Counted from the first letter of the stretch, positions 43,605 through 54,180 are shown. The stretch is DNA of 64,000 bases from an uncultured Candidatus Saccharibacteria bacterium (GCA_964410185.1 CAYPFM010000003.1:18437-82436); one strand, 5' to 3'. Numbers and translations are program-made. Notes: generated by a model from the sequence alone, not told the origin.

Positions 43605-44951
43605 TTATTCTTTCTCTAAAAATTGATTTAGAGCTCCGCGCACGTCGCTGACGCCATGCAACAGAGCCGGCTTCTTGCCGCCACGCTGGACGGGCCCAAT
43701 AACGGCATCAAAGCCAAGTTTTTTGGCTTCTTCGATACGCTTGTCGATGTAAGGCACATGGCGAACCTCACCCGATAGGCCAACCTCACCAAAGACTACG
43801 GCATTCTGCTTGAGCTGAAGACCGCGAGCGGCTGAGCCAATGGCCAAGCAAATTGCTAGGTCGGCGGCAGGCTCGGTTATGCGCAAGCCGCCGACGACGT
43901 TAATGAAGATGTCCTGGTCGGCCAGATTAAGCTTGGTGCGCCGCTCCAACATTGCAACCAGTAAGTTGACCCTATTCAGATCAAAGCCGCTGGCGGTGCG
44001 CTTGGGATAGCCGTAGGAGGTCTTATTAACAAGGGCCTGCACTTCTACCAGAATCGGTCGCGACCCCTCCATGGTTGCCAGGACGATGGATCCATCGCTC
44101 ACCTGCCGCTCGGCCAACAAAGCTGCCGAAGGGTTTTTAACCGCTGTTAGACCCTTGTCTTCCATCTCAAAAATAGCCACCTCGTTGGTTGAGCCATAAC
44201 GGTTTTTAACCCCGCGTAAGACCTTAAAGCCACCGTATCGATCACCTTCAAGTTGCAAGACAACGTCAACCAAATGTTCAAGAACTTTTGGTCCGGCGAT
44301 TGAGCCTTCTTTGGTAACATGCCCTACAATAATCAGCGCCGTGTTGGATTGCTTAGCCGCGGCCGTTAACAGATGGGTACTGTTGGTAATCTGGCTGACA
44401 CTGCCGGGTGCGGAGCTGATGGCCTGACAAGCCATGGTCTGAATCGAATCAATAATAACCAGCTTGTAGGTGCCGGCGGCAATCGTGGCGGCAATATCAT
44501 CGGCACTGTTGCTGGTCGCGACCATCAGCTGTTTAGCGGTGGCGTGCAGACGCTCAGCGCGCATGCCGAGTTGATGAGCCGATTCTTCGCCGCTAACGTA
44601 CAGTACGGGCGCTTTGAGCCCCACGCCGTGGGCAATCTGTAAGAGGATGGTGCTTTTACCAATGCCCGGCTCCCCGGCAATTAGGTTCACGCTGCCGGCC
44701 ACCAAACCACCACCTAAAACTACGTCAACTTCGCTCAAGCCAGTCGCCAAACGCTTATGCAAGTCTTTGCTGGCCACATCTGTAACAGTGGCGGCTTTTA
44801 GCGATTTGCCGTTTTTAATGACCTGGTCGGCGGCAACCTGCAACTCTTCTTGGAGGGTGTTCCATTCCCCACAGGCGTAACACTTGCCGGACCAGCTGTT
44901 AGACTCGGCCCCACAGTTACTACACACATACCTCACCACAGACTTTTTCAT
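43605..44951 (-). CDS. radA: DNA repair protein RadA
   Basis: 448 aa with a zinc finger (CSNCGAESNSWSGKCYACGEW), Walker A (GEPGIGKST), KNRYG and a Lon-like C-terminal domain. TAAACT lies 6 nt before the ATG. Confidence 0.96.
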   Translation of the reverse strand: MKKSVVRYVCSNCGAESNSWSGKCYACGEWNTLQEELQVAADQVIKNGKSLKAATVTDVASKDLHKRLATGLSEVDVVLGGGLVAGSVNLIAGEPGIGKSTILLQIAHGVGLKAPVLYVSGEESAHQLGMRAERLHATAKQLMVATSNSADDIAATIAAGTYKLVIIDSIQTMACQAISSAPGSVSQITNSTHLLTAAAKQSNTALIIVGHVTKEGSIAGPKVLEHLVDVVLQLEGDRYGGFKVLRGVKNRYGSTNEVAIFEMEDKGLTAVKNPSAALLAERQVSDGSIVLATMEGSRPILVEVQALVNKTSYGYPKRTASGFDLNRVNLLVAMLERRTKLNLADQDIFINVVGGLRITEPAADLAICLAIGSAARGLQLKQNAVVFGEVGLSGEVRHVPYIDKRIEEAKKLGFDAVIGPVQRGGKKPALLHGVSDVRGALNQFLEKE

Positions 44952-45013
44952 ACTCTCAGTTTAACAAACAGATTCGCTTGCGGCGAATTCCGGTCGGTGC
45001 AGGCCGATAGCAC

Positions 45014-46033
45014 CTAGTTGGCCGTCTTGGACTCGATATGGCTGTTTAGCTCTTGCGAGAGGTTCTGCGCCTCAACGGCAATGGCGTTGCGCTTGGCAAC
45101 AATCTCGTTGTAAGTGGCAATTTGGCGTTTAGTCTGAGCAACCAACACATTGTAGGCGTTAATCTGCGCGTTAAAGTTGTCAACACTGGCATTGTAGGTT
45201 GACGTGTTTCCGCTGCTCAAGAGGCGGTTAAGCTCTTGGCGCTGTGAATCAAGACTGGATGAACGGGCCGTTAACGAAGCTTGGTTCTCTTCGATTTGTT
45301 TTTTAAGATCAGTCAGCTGCTGATCGTAGGCCGTAATTTGATCCTGGCGGCTCGTAAAGGCATTGCGGTATTGGTTGGCGTAGCCTACGACGGCTTGCCG
45401 ATCAGTAAAGTACTGCTTGTAATAGTTCTCCAGTGCGGGTGGCAAGTCAGCGACTTCCGTGCCAAAGATAGAGTGCATTTCGTTCACTAAATCATTCGGT
45501 TCGAATTTTTTGTAAGACTCAAAGGTGGCCAGTAAGCGCTTGTTATTTTGGATATTGTGATCGTAGTAGTTTTGCAGCATAGAATCGACGTTGGCGCGTT
45601 CTTTGGAGCTAAGTCGATCGTAAGCACTGTGCAGCATCTCGTGAGCCGCCGTCACCTCCTCTACCCCTTTTAGCTGTGGGTCAGATACACCGTAGATAAA
45701 AATGCCGCGTTGAGGTGGTTTGTAACATCCCAAAATAATCGTCTGCTCGCCACCGTTGTTTGGGCAGTTACTGTTGAAGTCGGCTTTATCTTGCACGGCC
45801 GGCCGGTTGACGTAAAAGTCGTGTTTGGATTTGGCCGTCATCGTAGTCGTTTCAGCCAGCGCGACAACATTCGCCGGTGCCTGATAGCCGCGCAGCCGAT
45901 ACCAATCGTAGATGGCCTGACGCTGCGCAAAGACCACGGCCACCATTGTGACCGCAATAAACAGCGATATAAGTCCTCGGGAGTGGCGTTTTGGTTGGGC
46001 GGTGGCTGTTGGAGTTGACGTCGGTTGGGGCAT
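45014..46033 (-). CDS. membrane-anchored protein with an HExxH motif and a Q/N-rich coiled-coil C-terminus
   Basis: 339 aa with an N-terminal TM helix, the candidate zinc-peptidase motif AAHEMLHSAY and a roughly 110 aa heptad-like C-terminal region. Confidence 0.6.
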   Translation of the reverse strand: MPQPTSTPTATAQPKRHSRGLISLFIAVTMVAVVFAQRQAIYDWYRLRGYQAPANVVALAETTTMTAKSKHDFYVNRPAVQDKADFNSNCPNNGGEQTIILGCYKPPQRGIFIYGVSDPQLKGVEEVTAAHEMLHSAYDRLSSKERANVDSMLQNYYDHNIQNNKRLLATFESYKKFEPNDLVNEMHSIFGTEVADLPPALENYYKQYFTDRQAVVGYANQYRNAFTSRQDQITAYDQQLTDLKKQIEENQASLTARSSSLDSQRQELNRLLSSGNTSTYNASVDNFNAQINAYNVLVAQTKRQIATYNEIVAKRNAIAVEAQNLSQELNSHIESKTAN

Positions 46034-46053
46034 TATGAGGCTAATTATACGGC

Positions 46054-48552
46054 CTACTCGTTAGCAGCGCTATACGCTAGTGCTTTGCCCCTGCCACTGG
46101 TCTTGGCGGCGACCTGAACAATGTGGCCTTTCTGATACTGCTCGTCGAGCATCTTCAGCGCGATGTGGTCCTCGATAGTATCTTGAATCAGGCGGCGCAT
46201 TGGGCGCACGCCGTTATGCGCATCGTAGCCCTTGTCGAGCAAGTACTGCTTGGCAGCCGGTGTTACCTGCAAGCCAAGCCCCTTCTTTTGCAAGCGCTGG
46301 CGCAACTCATCAAGTTGCAAGTCAAGAATCTTAAGGACATCTGGCTTGGTCAGGGCGCGGAAGACGATGGTCTTATCAAGGCGATTAAGCAGTTCCGGGC
46401 GCATCATTTTCTTCAGTTCGTCGGTAACTTTTTCTTTGTTGCGTTCGTGCAGGGCGTCGAGATCCTTCATGTCACTCTTGGCTTCGGCATGGAACCCAAA
46501 GCTGGCTTCCTTTTGTAGTTTTTCGGCACCTATGTTGCTAGTCATAATGATAATGGTGTTGCTGAAGTCGATCTTGCGGCCCTTGGCATCAGTCAGCACG
46601 CCATCCTCGAGAATTTGTAGCAACATGTTGAAGACTTCGGGGTGGGCTTTTTCGATTTCATCAAAGACAACTAGACTGTACGGCTGACGACGAATCTTAT
46701 CGGTCAGCTGGCCGCCATCATCATAGCCCACGTATCCAGCTGGCGCGCCTACCAGGCGCGACGTCGTGTGCTTCTCGCTAAATTCACTCATATCAATCTT
46801 GATCATGGCATCGGTATTACCAAAGAATTCCTTGGCCAAAACGCGCGCTAACTCGGTCTTACCAACACCGGTGGGGCCCAGGAAGACAAAAGAGCCGATG
46901 GGGCGTTGCTCGCTGGAAATACCCGAGCGGTTACGACGAATGGCCTTGGCCACGGCCGTGACTGCTTCGTTCTGCCCAATAATATGTTTTTGGAGTTGCT
47001 TCTCGAGGTTCAACAAATACTTGGCTTCGGAACGAATCACCTTACTCACTGGCACGCCAGTCATGCGGGAGACAACGTCGGCCACATCTTCACTGCTCAT
47101 AGTAATCCGCTTGCCGGCTTTGGTGGTTGATTTGAGTTTTTCAATCCCTTGAGACAGCTTACTTACCTGCGTCTTGTACTCGGCGGCCTTTTGGTAGTCA
47201 CCACTATCAGCCGCTTCTTCCATACGAACATTCAAAAGTTTAAGCTCTTTTTGTAGCTTACGCAGCTCAGGTGGCGTTTTGCCCTTGTCGACGCGCAAAT
47301 GCGCGGCCGTTTCATCAAGTAGGTCGATGGCCTTATCGGGCATGTAACGATCGGCGATGTAGCGCTTGGCCAGGGTGACCGTATCGTCAAGAACTTCGTC
47401 ACTTACTTTCACGTTGTGGAAGGCCTCGTAGTGTTTTCGCAAACCCTTTAGGATGGCGAGCGTTTCTGGCACACTGGTTTCGGGTACCTGGATTGGTTGG
47501 AAGCGCCGTTCGAGCGCCGCATCTTTTTCGATGTGCTTGGTGTATTCATCAGTTGTGGTTGCCCCGATTACCTGGATTTTGCCACGAGCCAGAGCGGGCT
47601 TGAGGATATTGCCGGCGTCCATGGCGCCTTCGGCCGCACCGGCGCCCACGATCAGGTGTAGCTCATCAATGAACACGATAGTCGACTTGTCAGCCTCGAG
47701 TTCGGCCATAACTTTCTTGAGGCGTTCTTCAAACTCACCACGATACTTGGTGCCAGCAATCATGCCAGCCAGATCAAGCATGACGATGCGTTTTTCGAGT
47801 AAACTGTCGGGGACATCTTCGGCGATAATACGCTGCGCCAAACCTTCCACGATTGCGGTCTTACCAACACCCGGTTCACCAATCAGAACCGGATTATTTT
47901 TGGTTCGACGATTCAGGATCGTAATCACACGGCGAATCTGCGGCTCACGACCGACCACTGGATCAAGTTTTTTGTCGCGTGCTTGTGCCGTCAGGTCGGT
48001 GCCATAAAAGTCGAGAGCAGTTTTGCGGGCTTTTTTAGAAGGACGCTTACGGGTACCAGTTTGGTCGGGGTTGTCTTCGTACTGTTGGCGGTTCAAGAAC
48101 TGCTCAAGTTCGTTCAGCAAACCGTCAACATTCACATTCATGTCCCTCAATAGTACCGTCGCGCGAGCATTCTTTTGGCTCAAGATACTGTATAGAATAT
48201 GCTCGGTACCGCAGAATTCCTGGCTATAGTCTTGGGCCACATCAAAGGCCATTTTCAAGGTTAGTTTGGCGGTTTCGCTCAAGCCCTTGGCGCCCATATT
48301 TATTACCAGGGTCTTCGGGGTAAGATTGAGTGCGAGCCGCGCGCGGTCCAGCGTAACGCCGGCGCCTTCGAGCATTTTGGCGCCCATTGATGAGTCTTGT
48401 GCAAGGACGCCCAGCAAAAGGTGTTCGGTGCCAACATAGGCACTGCCAAAGCTACGCGCAATGGCATCGGCGTGCTTAAGGCTGTGCACGGCGTTGTCCG
48501 TTAAGTGATTAACGAAATCGCTAAAATCGGCGTTTGAAGAGTTTGGCATCAT
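46054..48552 (-). CDS. clpC: ATP-dependent Clp protease ATP-binding subunit ClpC-like (class I AAA+)
   Basis: Clp N-repeat, two AAA+ modules ([18 protein letters not shown]) and a short UVR-like middle segment. I trimmed to ATGATG at 48552 (AAAGGTGG Shine-Dalgarno upstream) because the promoter lies inside the longer track ORF. Confidence 0.93.
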   Translation of the reverse strand: MMPNSSNADFSDFVNHLTDNAVHSLKHADAIARSFGSAYVGTEHLLLGVLAQDSSMGAKMLEGAGVTLDRARLALNLTPKTLVINMGAKGLSETAKLTLKMAFDVAQDYSQEFCGTEHILYSILSQKNARATVLLRDMNVNVDGLLNELEQFLNRQQYEDNPDQTGTRKRPSKKARKTALDFYGTDLTAQARDKKLDPVVGREPQIRRVITILNRRTKNNPVLIGEPGVGKTAIVEGLAQRIIAEDVPDSLLEKRIVMLDLAGMIAGTKYRGEFEERLKKVMAELEADKSTIVFIDELHLIVGAGAAEGAMDAGNILKPALARGKIQVIGATTTDEYTKHIEKDAALERRFQPIQVPETSVPETLAILKGLRKHYEAFHNVKVSDEVLDDTVTLAKRYIADRYMPDKAIDLLDETAAHLRVDKGKTPPELRKLQKELKLLNVRMEEAADSGDYQKAAEYKTQVSKLSQGIEKLKSTTKAGKRITMSSEDVADVVSRMTGVPVSKVIRSEAKYLLNLEKQLQKHIIGQNEAVTAVAKAIRRNRSGISSEQRPIGSFVFLGPTGVGKTELARVLAKEFFGNTDAMIKIDMSEFSEKHTTSRLVGAPAGYVGYDDGGQLTDKIRRQPYSLVVFDEIEKAHPEVFNMLLQILEDGVLTDAKGRKIDFSNTIIIMTSNIGAEKLQKEASFGFHAEAKSDMKDLDALHERNKEKVTDELKKMMRPELLNRLDKTIVFRALTKPDVLKILDLQLDELRQRLQKKGLGLQVTPAAKQYLLDKGYDAHNGVRPMRRLIQDTIEDHIALKMLDEQYQKGHIVQVAAKTSGRGKALAYSAANE

Positions 48553-48622
48553 GATTATTATCCCACCTTTCGTTGTGAACAAACTGAGAAGTTTGCTGGC
48601 CGCAGCACAAGCTGCTACAACC

Positions 48623-48661
48623 ATAATATCGTAATTGGCACTCACGAGTCAAGAGTGCTAA
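48623..48661 (-). promoter_or_regulatory. clpC promoter overlapped by a CIRCE-like inverted repeat
   Basis: The minus strand reads TTAGCACTC-TTGACTCGT-GAGTGCCAA followed by TTACGA-TATTAT. The repeat halves match CIRCE at 9/9 and 8/9. The -35 TTGACT lies in the spacer, and -10 TATTAT follows after 18 nt. About 45 nt are nearly identical to the clpP promoter. Confidence 0.7.
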
Positions 48662-48698
48662 CTAACGCTTTTGCTGGTGCAGCTGACAGGAGTGCAGG

Positions 48699-49367
48699 CT
48701 ATCTGTCAACGTCAGGTGCCAACGCATGCCAGTCGCTACCCCAGAGCTGCACCATCGACCAATTAGGGTCAATTTCAAACTGGCAGACTGCCGCTAAAAC
48801 GCCGTCGCAATCTTCGGCGGTTAAAACTGGAGGCTCGTAGCCAATTTGACGGACTGCATCAATAACCGGAATAGCTGACTGATTTGGGTTGCGCAGATGC
48901 TCAGGCACAGCCCGATACTGGTCAATCAGCATGTCCTCAACTAAATCAGATACCGCATTCGGTACGGCAACTGGCGGCATTTCAGCCGAAGCCCAAACTC
49001 TATAGCCATCATGAGCAAGCGTATGAGCTCTGCCATCCAAAAAATCGAGGTCTGCATCACGGACATATGGTGAACCGTCACGATATAAGCTCATGCTAAC
49101 TTCAATAAGCGACTCGGTCCGATATAAATCAACCCTTTCTCCTCTTATCGCTTCAGCGCCTAAAGCGGTCGCTGCAACACGTTGGTCAAAGTCAAAAGAT
49201 ACCGACACGCATTCATCGGGACAAAATTGAACGAGTTTGCCAAACTTTTGTTTGCAGAGTTCAGTCAACTCTTGGGCTCGTTCAGTGGCTAGATTCGCAA
49301 GCTCAGCGTAAAACAGATGCTGCTTAGGCATTCGGTCACGAAATGGGTCGAACTCAAGATCAATCAC
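48699..49367 (-). CDS. hypothetical acidic protein (orf222) between nusA and clpC
   Basis: 222 aa ORF with a GTG start 17 nt after the nusA stop; the start is uncertain. No recognisable motif. Confidence 0.5.
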   Translation of the reverse strand: MIDLEFDPFRDRMPKQHLFYAELANLATERAQELTELCKQKFGKLVQFCPDECVSVSFDFDQRVAATALGAEAIRGERVDLYRTESLIEVSMSLYRDGSPYVRDADLDFLDGRAHTLAHDGYRVWASAEMPPVAVPNAVSDLVEDMLIDQYRAVPEHLRNPNQSAIPVIDAVRQIGYEPPVLTAEDCDGVLAAVCQFEIDPNWSMVQLWGSDWHALAPDVDR

Positions 49368-49386
49368 GGGTTTTCTGCGTACGTGT

Positions 49387-50544
49387 TTACTCGCCGTGTT
49401 CTTCGATGGCGCTCAGCAATGAATTCTCAAGCTCAGACTTCTTCTTGATCTTTGGGACGGCGCTGGTCTTTTTGGCTGGTGCGGCTTCAACGACTGGTTC
49501 GGCAATCTTCTCAGCAGTAATGTCAATTTCGTAGCCGGTCAACTTGCTGGCGAGGCGAACATTCTGCCCACTCTTACCAATCGCGATACTCAGCTGATCC
49601 TCGGGGACGATAACAGTCGCCTTCTTGCCAGCTTCATCGAGTTTAACCTGCGTTACTTTGGTTGGGCTCAAGGCGTTCTGGATGTAGGTCGCGATGTCTT
49701 CGTCAAAGACGACGATATCGATCTTTTCCTGTTCGCCAACTTCACTCATGACAGCGTTAACGCGCGTACCATGACCACCGACGAAAGTACCAACTGGATC
49801 AACACCAGGCACGGTGCTAGCCACAGCAATCTTGCTGCGCACACCAGCTTCGCGGGCAATTCCCTTGATTTCAACGGCGCCATTTTCCATTTCTGGAACT
49901 TCGGCACGGAACAACCATTCGACGAATTCGCCGTTACCACGGCTAACCACCAGTTGTGGACCACGGAAGCCGCGTTCGACATCCTTTAAGAAGACCTTGA
50001 GGCGTTGGCCTGGGTAGTAGCGCTCGCCCTGGATTTGCTCGCTCATTGGCATGATGCCCTGAGCCTTGCCCAAGTCGACGCGAACGATGCGGCCTTCGAC
50101 ACGAGCCACAATGGCAGTGATGACGGTACCGATTTTGTCTTCGTATTCATTCATAATGATGTCGCGCTCAGCTTCGCGGAGGCGCTGCAAGATAACTTGC
50201 TTGGCAGTTTGGGCAGCGACGCGACCGAAGTTTTCGACCTTTTCTTCAACTTCAATTTCTTCACCGAGCTTGGCACTCTTGTTGCGAACCTGTGCTTCGG
50301 GTAGTGAAATTTCGGTACGGTCGTCTTCGACCTTTTCAACGATTTCCTTGGTCACAAAAGCGGTGATGTCACCGGTGTTGAGGTTCATAATAACGCGAAC
50401 TTCCTGTTCACGATCACCGTAGTCGCGGCGGTACGCAGCAGCCAGGGCCTGCTCAACAACTTCTTGAACGGTTTCTTGTGGTAGGTTTTTTTCTTCGGCA
50501 ATTACCTGAATGGCAGCGGCCAGTTGTTTAAAGTCAAAATCCAT
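49387..50544 (-). CDS. nusA: transcription termination/antitermination factor NusA
   Basis: N-terminal domain, S1 domain and two KH domains (IAIGKSGQNVRLASKLTG). AAGGAG lies 6 nt before the ATG at 50544. The track ORF start at 50565 is probably too long. Confidence 0.95.
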   Translation of the reverse strand: MDFDFKQLAAAIQVIAEEKNLPQETVQEVVEQALAAAYRRDYGDREQEVRVIMNLNTGDITAFVTKEIVEKVEDDRTEISLPEAQVRNKSAKLGEEIEVEEKVENFGRVAAQTAKQVILQRLREAERDIIMNEYEDKIGTVITAIVARVEGRIVRVDLGKAQGIMPMSEQIQGERYYPGQRLKVFLKDVERGFRGPQLVVSRGNGEFVEWLFRAEVPEMENGAVEIKGIAREAGVRSKIAVASTVPGVDPVGTFVGGHGTRVNAVMSEVGEQEKIDIVVFDEDIATYIQNALSPTKVTQVKLDEAGKKATVIVPEDQLSIAIGKSGQNVRLASKLTGYEIDITAEKIAEPVVEAAPAKKTSAVPKIKKKSELENSLLSAIEEHGE

Positions 50545-50763
50545 CTTTATCTCCTTTGGGTACATGACGTTGGTATGAAAAAAGTCGACCTGTTGGCCGA
50601 CCTGAACAGCTACAGTATAGCTGATTTAGGTCGTTTTTACAAGTTATCAAAATCACCACTCTGCAAAGCTTTTGATAGAGTCTTGGCTTCTTGCCGCTGT
50701 GTTGACCAAAAAGATGCTGAGCCTCAGTAAGCAGGCGTGCTATACTCAAAATAGGAGTAGAAA

Positions 50764-51081
50764 ATGAAAAACAATTCTAACAAAATAAAAGTCGCTGCAG
50801 TCTTTACGCCACTTGCCTTCTATCTTATCGCGTACCTAGCAACAACAATGCAAGCCAGTAAGAGTTCAGGTTCCGAAAATTATTCAGGACTCGGAATCAT
50901 TGCAATAATGTTCTTTGTGCCGCTGCAATACCTATTTGCGCTTGCTCTGGCAGGGATTATCCTTTTATTCACCAGATTACTTAAAAAGAACACTTCTTTC
51001 CTAACTTGCCTAAGTATTTCGGCAATCGTGACGCTCATTTTTCCTGCCTGGTACATCATCAGCTCTCTTTTGGCGGGTTGA
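50764..51081 (+). CDS. small hypothetical membrane protein
   Basis: 105 aa with 3 hydrophobic helices. An extended -10 (TGCTATACT) and an AGGAG Shine-Dalgarno lie upstream. Confidence 0.55.
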   Translation: MKNNSNKIKVAAVFTPLAFYLIAYLATTMQASKSSGSENYSGLGIIAIMFFVPLQYLFALALAGIILLFTRLLKKNTSFLTCLSISAIVTLIFPAWYIISSLLAG

Positions 51082-51153
51082 CTGTAGCGCAATTACTACT
51101 TAAGCTAACATTCCATCGTTCCAGCAACCATTACTCGTGCTAAACTAATAGTA

Positions 51154-53706
51154 ATGAGCAAAGACGTGCGACGCCTATTCGGGCAATTTCAGCCGGAACA
51201 CTATAACCTGCATATTACCCCTGATGCTGAGACGATGTCGTTTACTGGCACCGTCACGATTAAGGGGCAAAAAGTTGGACGACCGAGCCAGCGCCTGACC
51301 TTTCACCAGCATGATTTGAACATTACCAAGGCCAGCATTACCAAGCATGACAAAAAACTCGGTGACCAAACCGTAACCATAGCCCGCCAGAACATCCACA
51401 GTACCTACCAAGAGTTACGTCTCCACTCTGACCAAATGATTTACCCGGGCAGTTACACCATTAAACTCAGCTTTACCGGCAAAATTACCCGCCCCATGAA
51501 TGGCCTCTATCCCTGCTTTTTTGAAGAAGATGGTAAAGAAAAGAAGTTGCTGGCCACCCAGTTCGAGAGCCACCATGCCCGCGAAGTCTTCCCCTGTATC
51601 GATGAACCCGAGGCCAAGGCCACCTATGACTTGGCCATTACCGCTCCCAGCAAGGCCGTCGTTTTGGGGAATACGCCCATTGCCAAGCAAGTAACCAAGA
51701 ACGCCTTAACCACCACAAGCTTTGAGACCACACCAAAGATGTCGGTCTACCTGTTGGCCTTTGTGGTCGGTGAGCTCAAGTACCTGGAAGCCACGACTCG
51801 CGATGGCGTCTTGGTTCGCACCTACGCCACGCCAAAGAATTACAAGCTTACCAAGTTCGCGCTCGAAGTCGCCGTCAAGTGCCTGGAGTTCTACAACGAC
51901 TACTTCGACATCCCCTACCCCTTGCCGAAGTGCGACATGATTGCCCTACCCGACTTCGCTGCCGGTGCCATGGAAAACTGGGGCTGTATCACCTACCGTG
52001 AGCAGTGCATGTTCGTCGATCCTAAGAACACCAGCCTACCAACCAAACAATATGTAGCGATGGTGGTGGCTCATGAGTTGGCTCACCAGTGGTTTGGCAA
52101 CCTCGTCACCATGCGTTGGTGGACTGATCTGTGGCTGAACGAAGGCTTTGCCAGCTGGATTGAATACCTCGCCGTCGACGAGATCTTCCCCGAGTGGCAG
52201 ATGTGGACTCAGTTTGTGACCGACGAGCAACAAAGTGCTCTGCGCCTGGACGCCCTCGAGAACACCCACCCGATCGAAGTAGCCGTCCATCACCCCGAAG
52301 AAATCCGCAGCATCTTCGACACTATTAGCTACGCCAAAGGTGCCAGCGTCATTCACATGTTGCATGGCTACTTGGGGCCAAAAGATTTCCGTGACGGCCT
52401 CCGCCACTATCTAAAAACACACGCCTACAGCAATACCGACACCATCGACTTGTGGCACGCCCTGGCCAAAGTTTCCAATAAGCCGGTCGATGACTTTATG
52501 AACGCCTGGACCAGCCAACCTGGCTTCCCGATTGTGACCGCCCGAGTTAAGGGCAAGAAACTAACCCTGCATCAGGCCCGCTACTACACCAACCCCGAGC
52601 AACCCAAAGATGATACCGTGCTCTGGCCAGTGCCAACCAATACCGCAATTGAACCGGCACTTTTTGCCACCAACGAAGCCGAGTGGGAATTGGCCGATAG
52701 CAAAACCCTCCTCAAACTCAACCATGATCAAGGTGGCTTTTACCGGGTGGCTTATGAGAATGGCTACCTGCACGAACTGGCTCAGAGCTTTGAATCGGCC
52801 CAGTTTAGCCCCCTCGACCGCCTGGGCATATTGACTGACGCCTTCGAAACCGCCAAGGCTGGCTACTCGCGGTCGCACGCTGCGCTCGATCTGATGCAGT
52901 ACTACGCCGACGAAGATAACAACGCCGTCTGGGATGTCATGGCTGGCGGCATTAACAGTATTCGTGGTGTCATGGACGACGACAAGCTCCGCGAAGCCAT
53001 GAAGCCCTACGTCCGCAAACTCGTCAAAAAACAGTTCGCCCGCCTTGGCTGGGAAGAACAGCCCAAAGAAGATCACTTCGATACCTTGCTGCGCCCCACC
53101 ATTATTGGGCTGGCCGCCATATCCGACGAAAAACACGTTGTCGACGAATGTTTGAACCGCTTCGCCACCATGAAGACGCCCGAAGATTTGCCTCCAGATT
53201 TGCGCGGTATCATCTACAATACCGCCGCTCGGCATGGAGACGAAAAGACCTTTAAGAAACTGCTCGCACTGCACGATGGCTCAAGTCATAGCGAAGAACG
53301 CACCACGCTGGCCGCTGCTTTAACTGGTTTTCATCAACCTGAAATCATTAAGCAAGCCTTGGCACTGATTACGACCGACAAAGTTCGTCTGCAAGATGTG
53401 GGCTACTGGGTGGCCTATAGCTTTATGAACCGCTATGCCAAGCGACTGACCTGGGAATGGATGCAAGCCAACTGGTTGTGGCTGAGCGAAAACCTCGGCA
53501 CCGACATGAGCTTTGCACGCTTCCCGATGTATGCCGCGCGCTGCTTTAGTGACACCTCATTCTTAAAAGAATACCGAGCTTTCTTTGAACCGAACCTCAC
53601 GCCCGGCCTGGAGCGTGCCTACAAGCAAGGCATCGAAACCATCCAGTGGCAGTCTGCCTGGAAGAAGCGTGACCTAAAAGACATTCAGGAATTCTTCGCC
53701 AAATGA
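51154..53706 (+). CDS. pepN: M1-family aminopeptidase N
   Basis: 850 aa containing the GAMENWG exopeptidase motif and the zinc site HELAHQWFGNLVT...WLNEGFASW. Confidence 0.95.
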   Translation: MSKDVRRLFGQFQPEHYNLHITPDAETMSFTGTVTIKGQKVGRPSQRLTFHQHDLNITKASITKHDKKLGDQTVTIARQNIHSTYQELRLHSDQMIYPGSYTIKLSFTGKITRPMNGLYPCFFEEDGKEKKLLATQFESHHAREVFPCIDEPEAKATYDLAITAPSKAVVLGNTPIAKQVTKNALTTTSFETTPKMSVYLLAFVVGELKYLEATTRDGVLVRTYATPKNYKLTKFALEVAVKCLEFYNDYFDIPYPLPKCDMIALPDFAAGAMENWGCITYREQCMFVDPKNTSLPTKQYVAMVVAHELAHQWFGNLVTMRWWTDLWLNEGFASWIEYLAVDEIFPEWQMWTQFVTDEQQSALRLDALENTHPIEVAVHHPEEIRSIFDTISYAKGASVIHMLHGYLGPKDFRDGLRHYLKTHAYSNTDTIDLWHALAKVSNKPVDDFMNAWTSQPGFPIVTARVKGKKLTLHQARYYTNPEQPKDDTVLWPVPTNTAIEPALFATNEAEWELADSKTLLKLNHDQGGFYRVAYENGYLHELAQSFESAQFSPLDRLGILTDAFETAKAGYSRSHAALDLMQYYADEDNNAVWDVMAGGINSIRGVMDDDKLREAMKPYVRKLVKKQFARLGWEEQPKEDHFDTLLRPTIIGLAAISDEKHVVDECLNRFATMKTPEDLPPDLRGIIYNTAARHGDEKTFKKLLALHDGSSHSEERTTLAAALTGFHQPEIIKQALALITTDKVRLQDVGYWVAYSFMNRYAKRLTWEWMQANWLWLSENLGTDMSFARFPMYAARCFSDTSFLKEYRAFFEPNLTPGLERAYKQGIETIQWQSAWKKRDLKDIQEFFAK

Positions 53707-53841
53707 GCCTAGGAGAAGTGGTCTTTGCAGGTCGCATCGGTAACCTGGATGTCACCCGCCGAGATTCGCCAAGCCATTCAAGCCGGCAGCATGCAAGAGT
53801 GGCGTAGCGTTGGGGTCTTGCTCGGTCTGGTGCTGCCAGCT

Positions 53842-54180
53842 TTAGAGAACAACTAGTTCATCAACGGCGAAGTCTAGACCGGTAACGGCAATTACTGCCA
53901 GCTCATAGTCACCGTGCCAAGCATGCTTTGCCACCCAGAGCTGGGCTGCAAACATCATCTGCCTGAGCTTCCGTTCGGTAATGTAGTCCAGTCCGGATCC
54001 TTGCGAAACCGTGGCTCGATATTTAACCTCTACAAAATAGATGGTTTCGGATTTTTGGGCAACGATGTCTATTTCGCAATAACGAGTACGCCAGTTTTGT
54101 TGTAAAACCTGGTAACCGTTACGTCCTAAATACGTCGCCCCGACGGTCTCGGCTCGGCGGCCGGTATCAAAAGTCGTCAC
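53842..54180 (-). CDS. yraN: YraN-family (UPF0102) endonuclease-like protein
   Basis: Contains GETVGATYLGRNGYQVLQQNWRTRYCEIDIVAQ...IYFVEVKYR. The likely GTG start at 54180 overlaps the rnhB stop (GTGTGA). The longer track ORF overlaps rnhB by about 115 nt. Confidence 0.8.
   Translation of the reverse strand: MTTFDTGRRAETVGATYLGRNGYQVLQQNWRTRYCEIDIVAQKSETIYFVEVKYRATVSQGSGLDYITERKLRQMMFAAQLWVAKHAWHGDYELAVIAVTGLDFAVDELVVL

Noticed and set aside
52561-53274. 237-aa minus-strand ORF inside pepN
   Set aside because: It is antisense to a confidently identified M1 aminopeptidase, and its Gly/Val/Phe-rich translation has no motifs.
53749-53856. 35-codon plus-strand ORF (MSPAEIRQAIQAGSMQEWRSVGVLLGLVLPALENN) in the pepN-yraN gap
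   Set aside because: It is too short, has no Shine-Dalgarno or -10 signal, and overlaps the yraN 3' end. I cannot support it as a gene.
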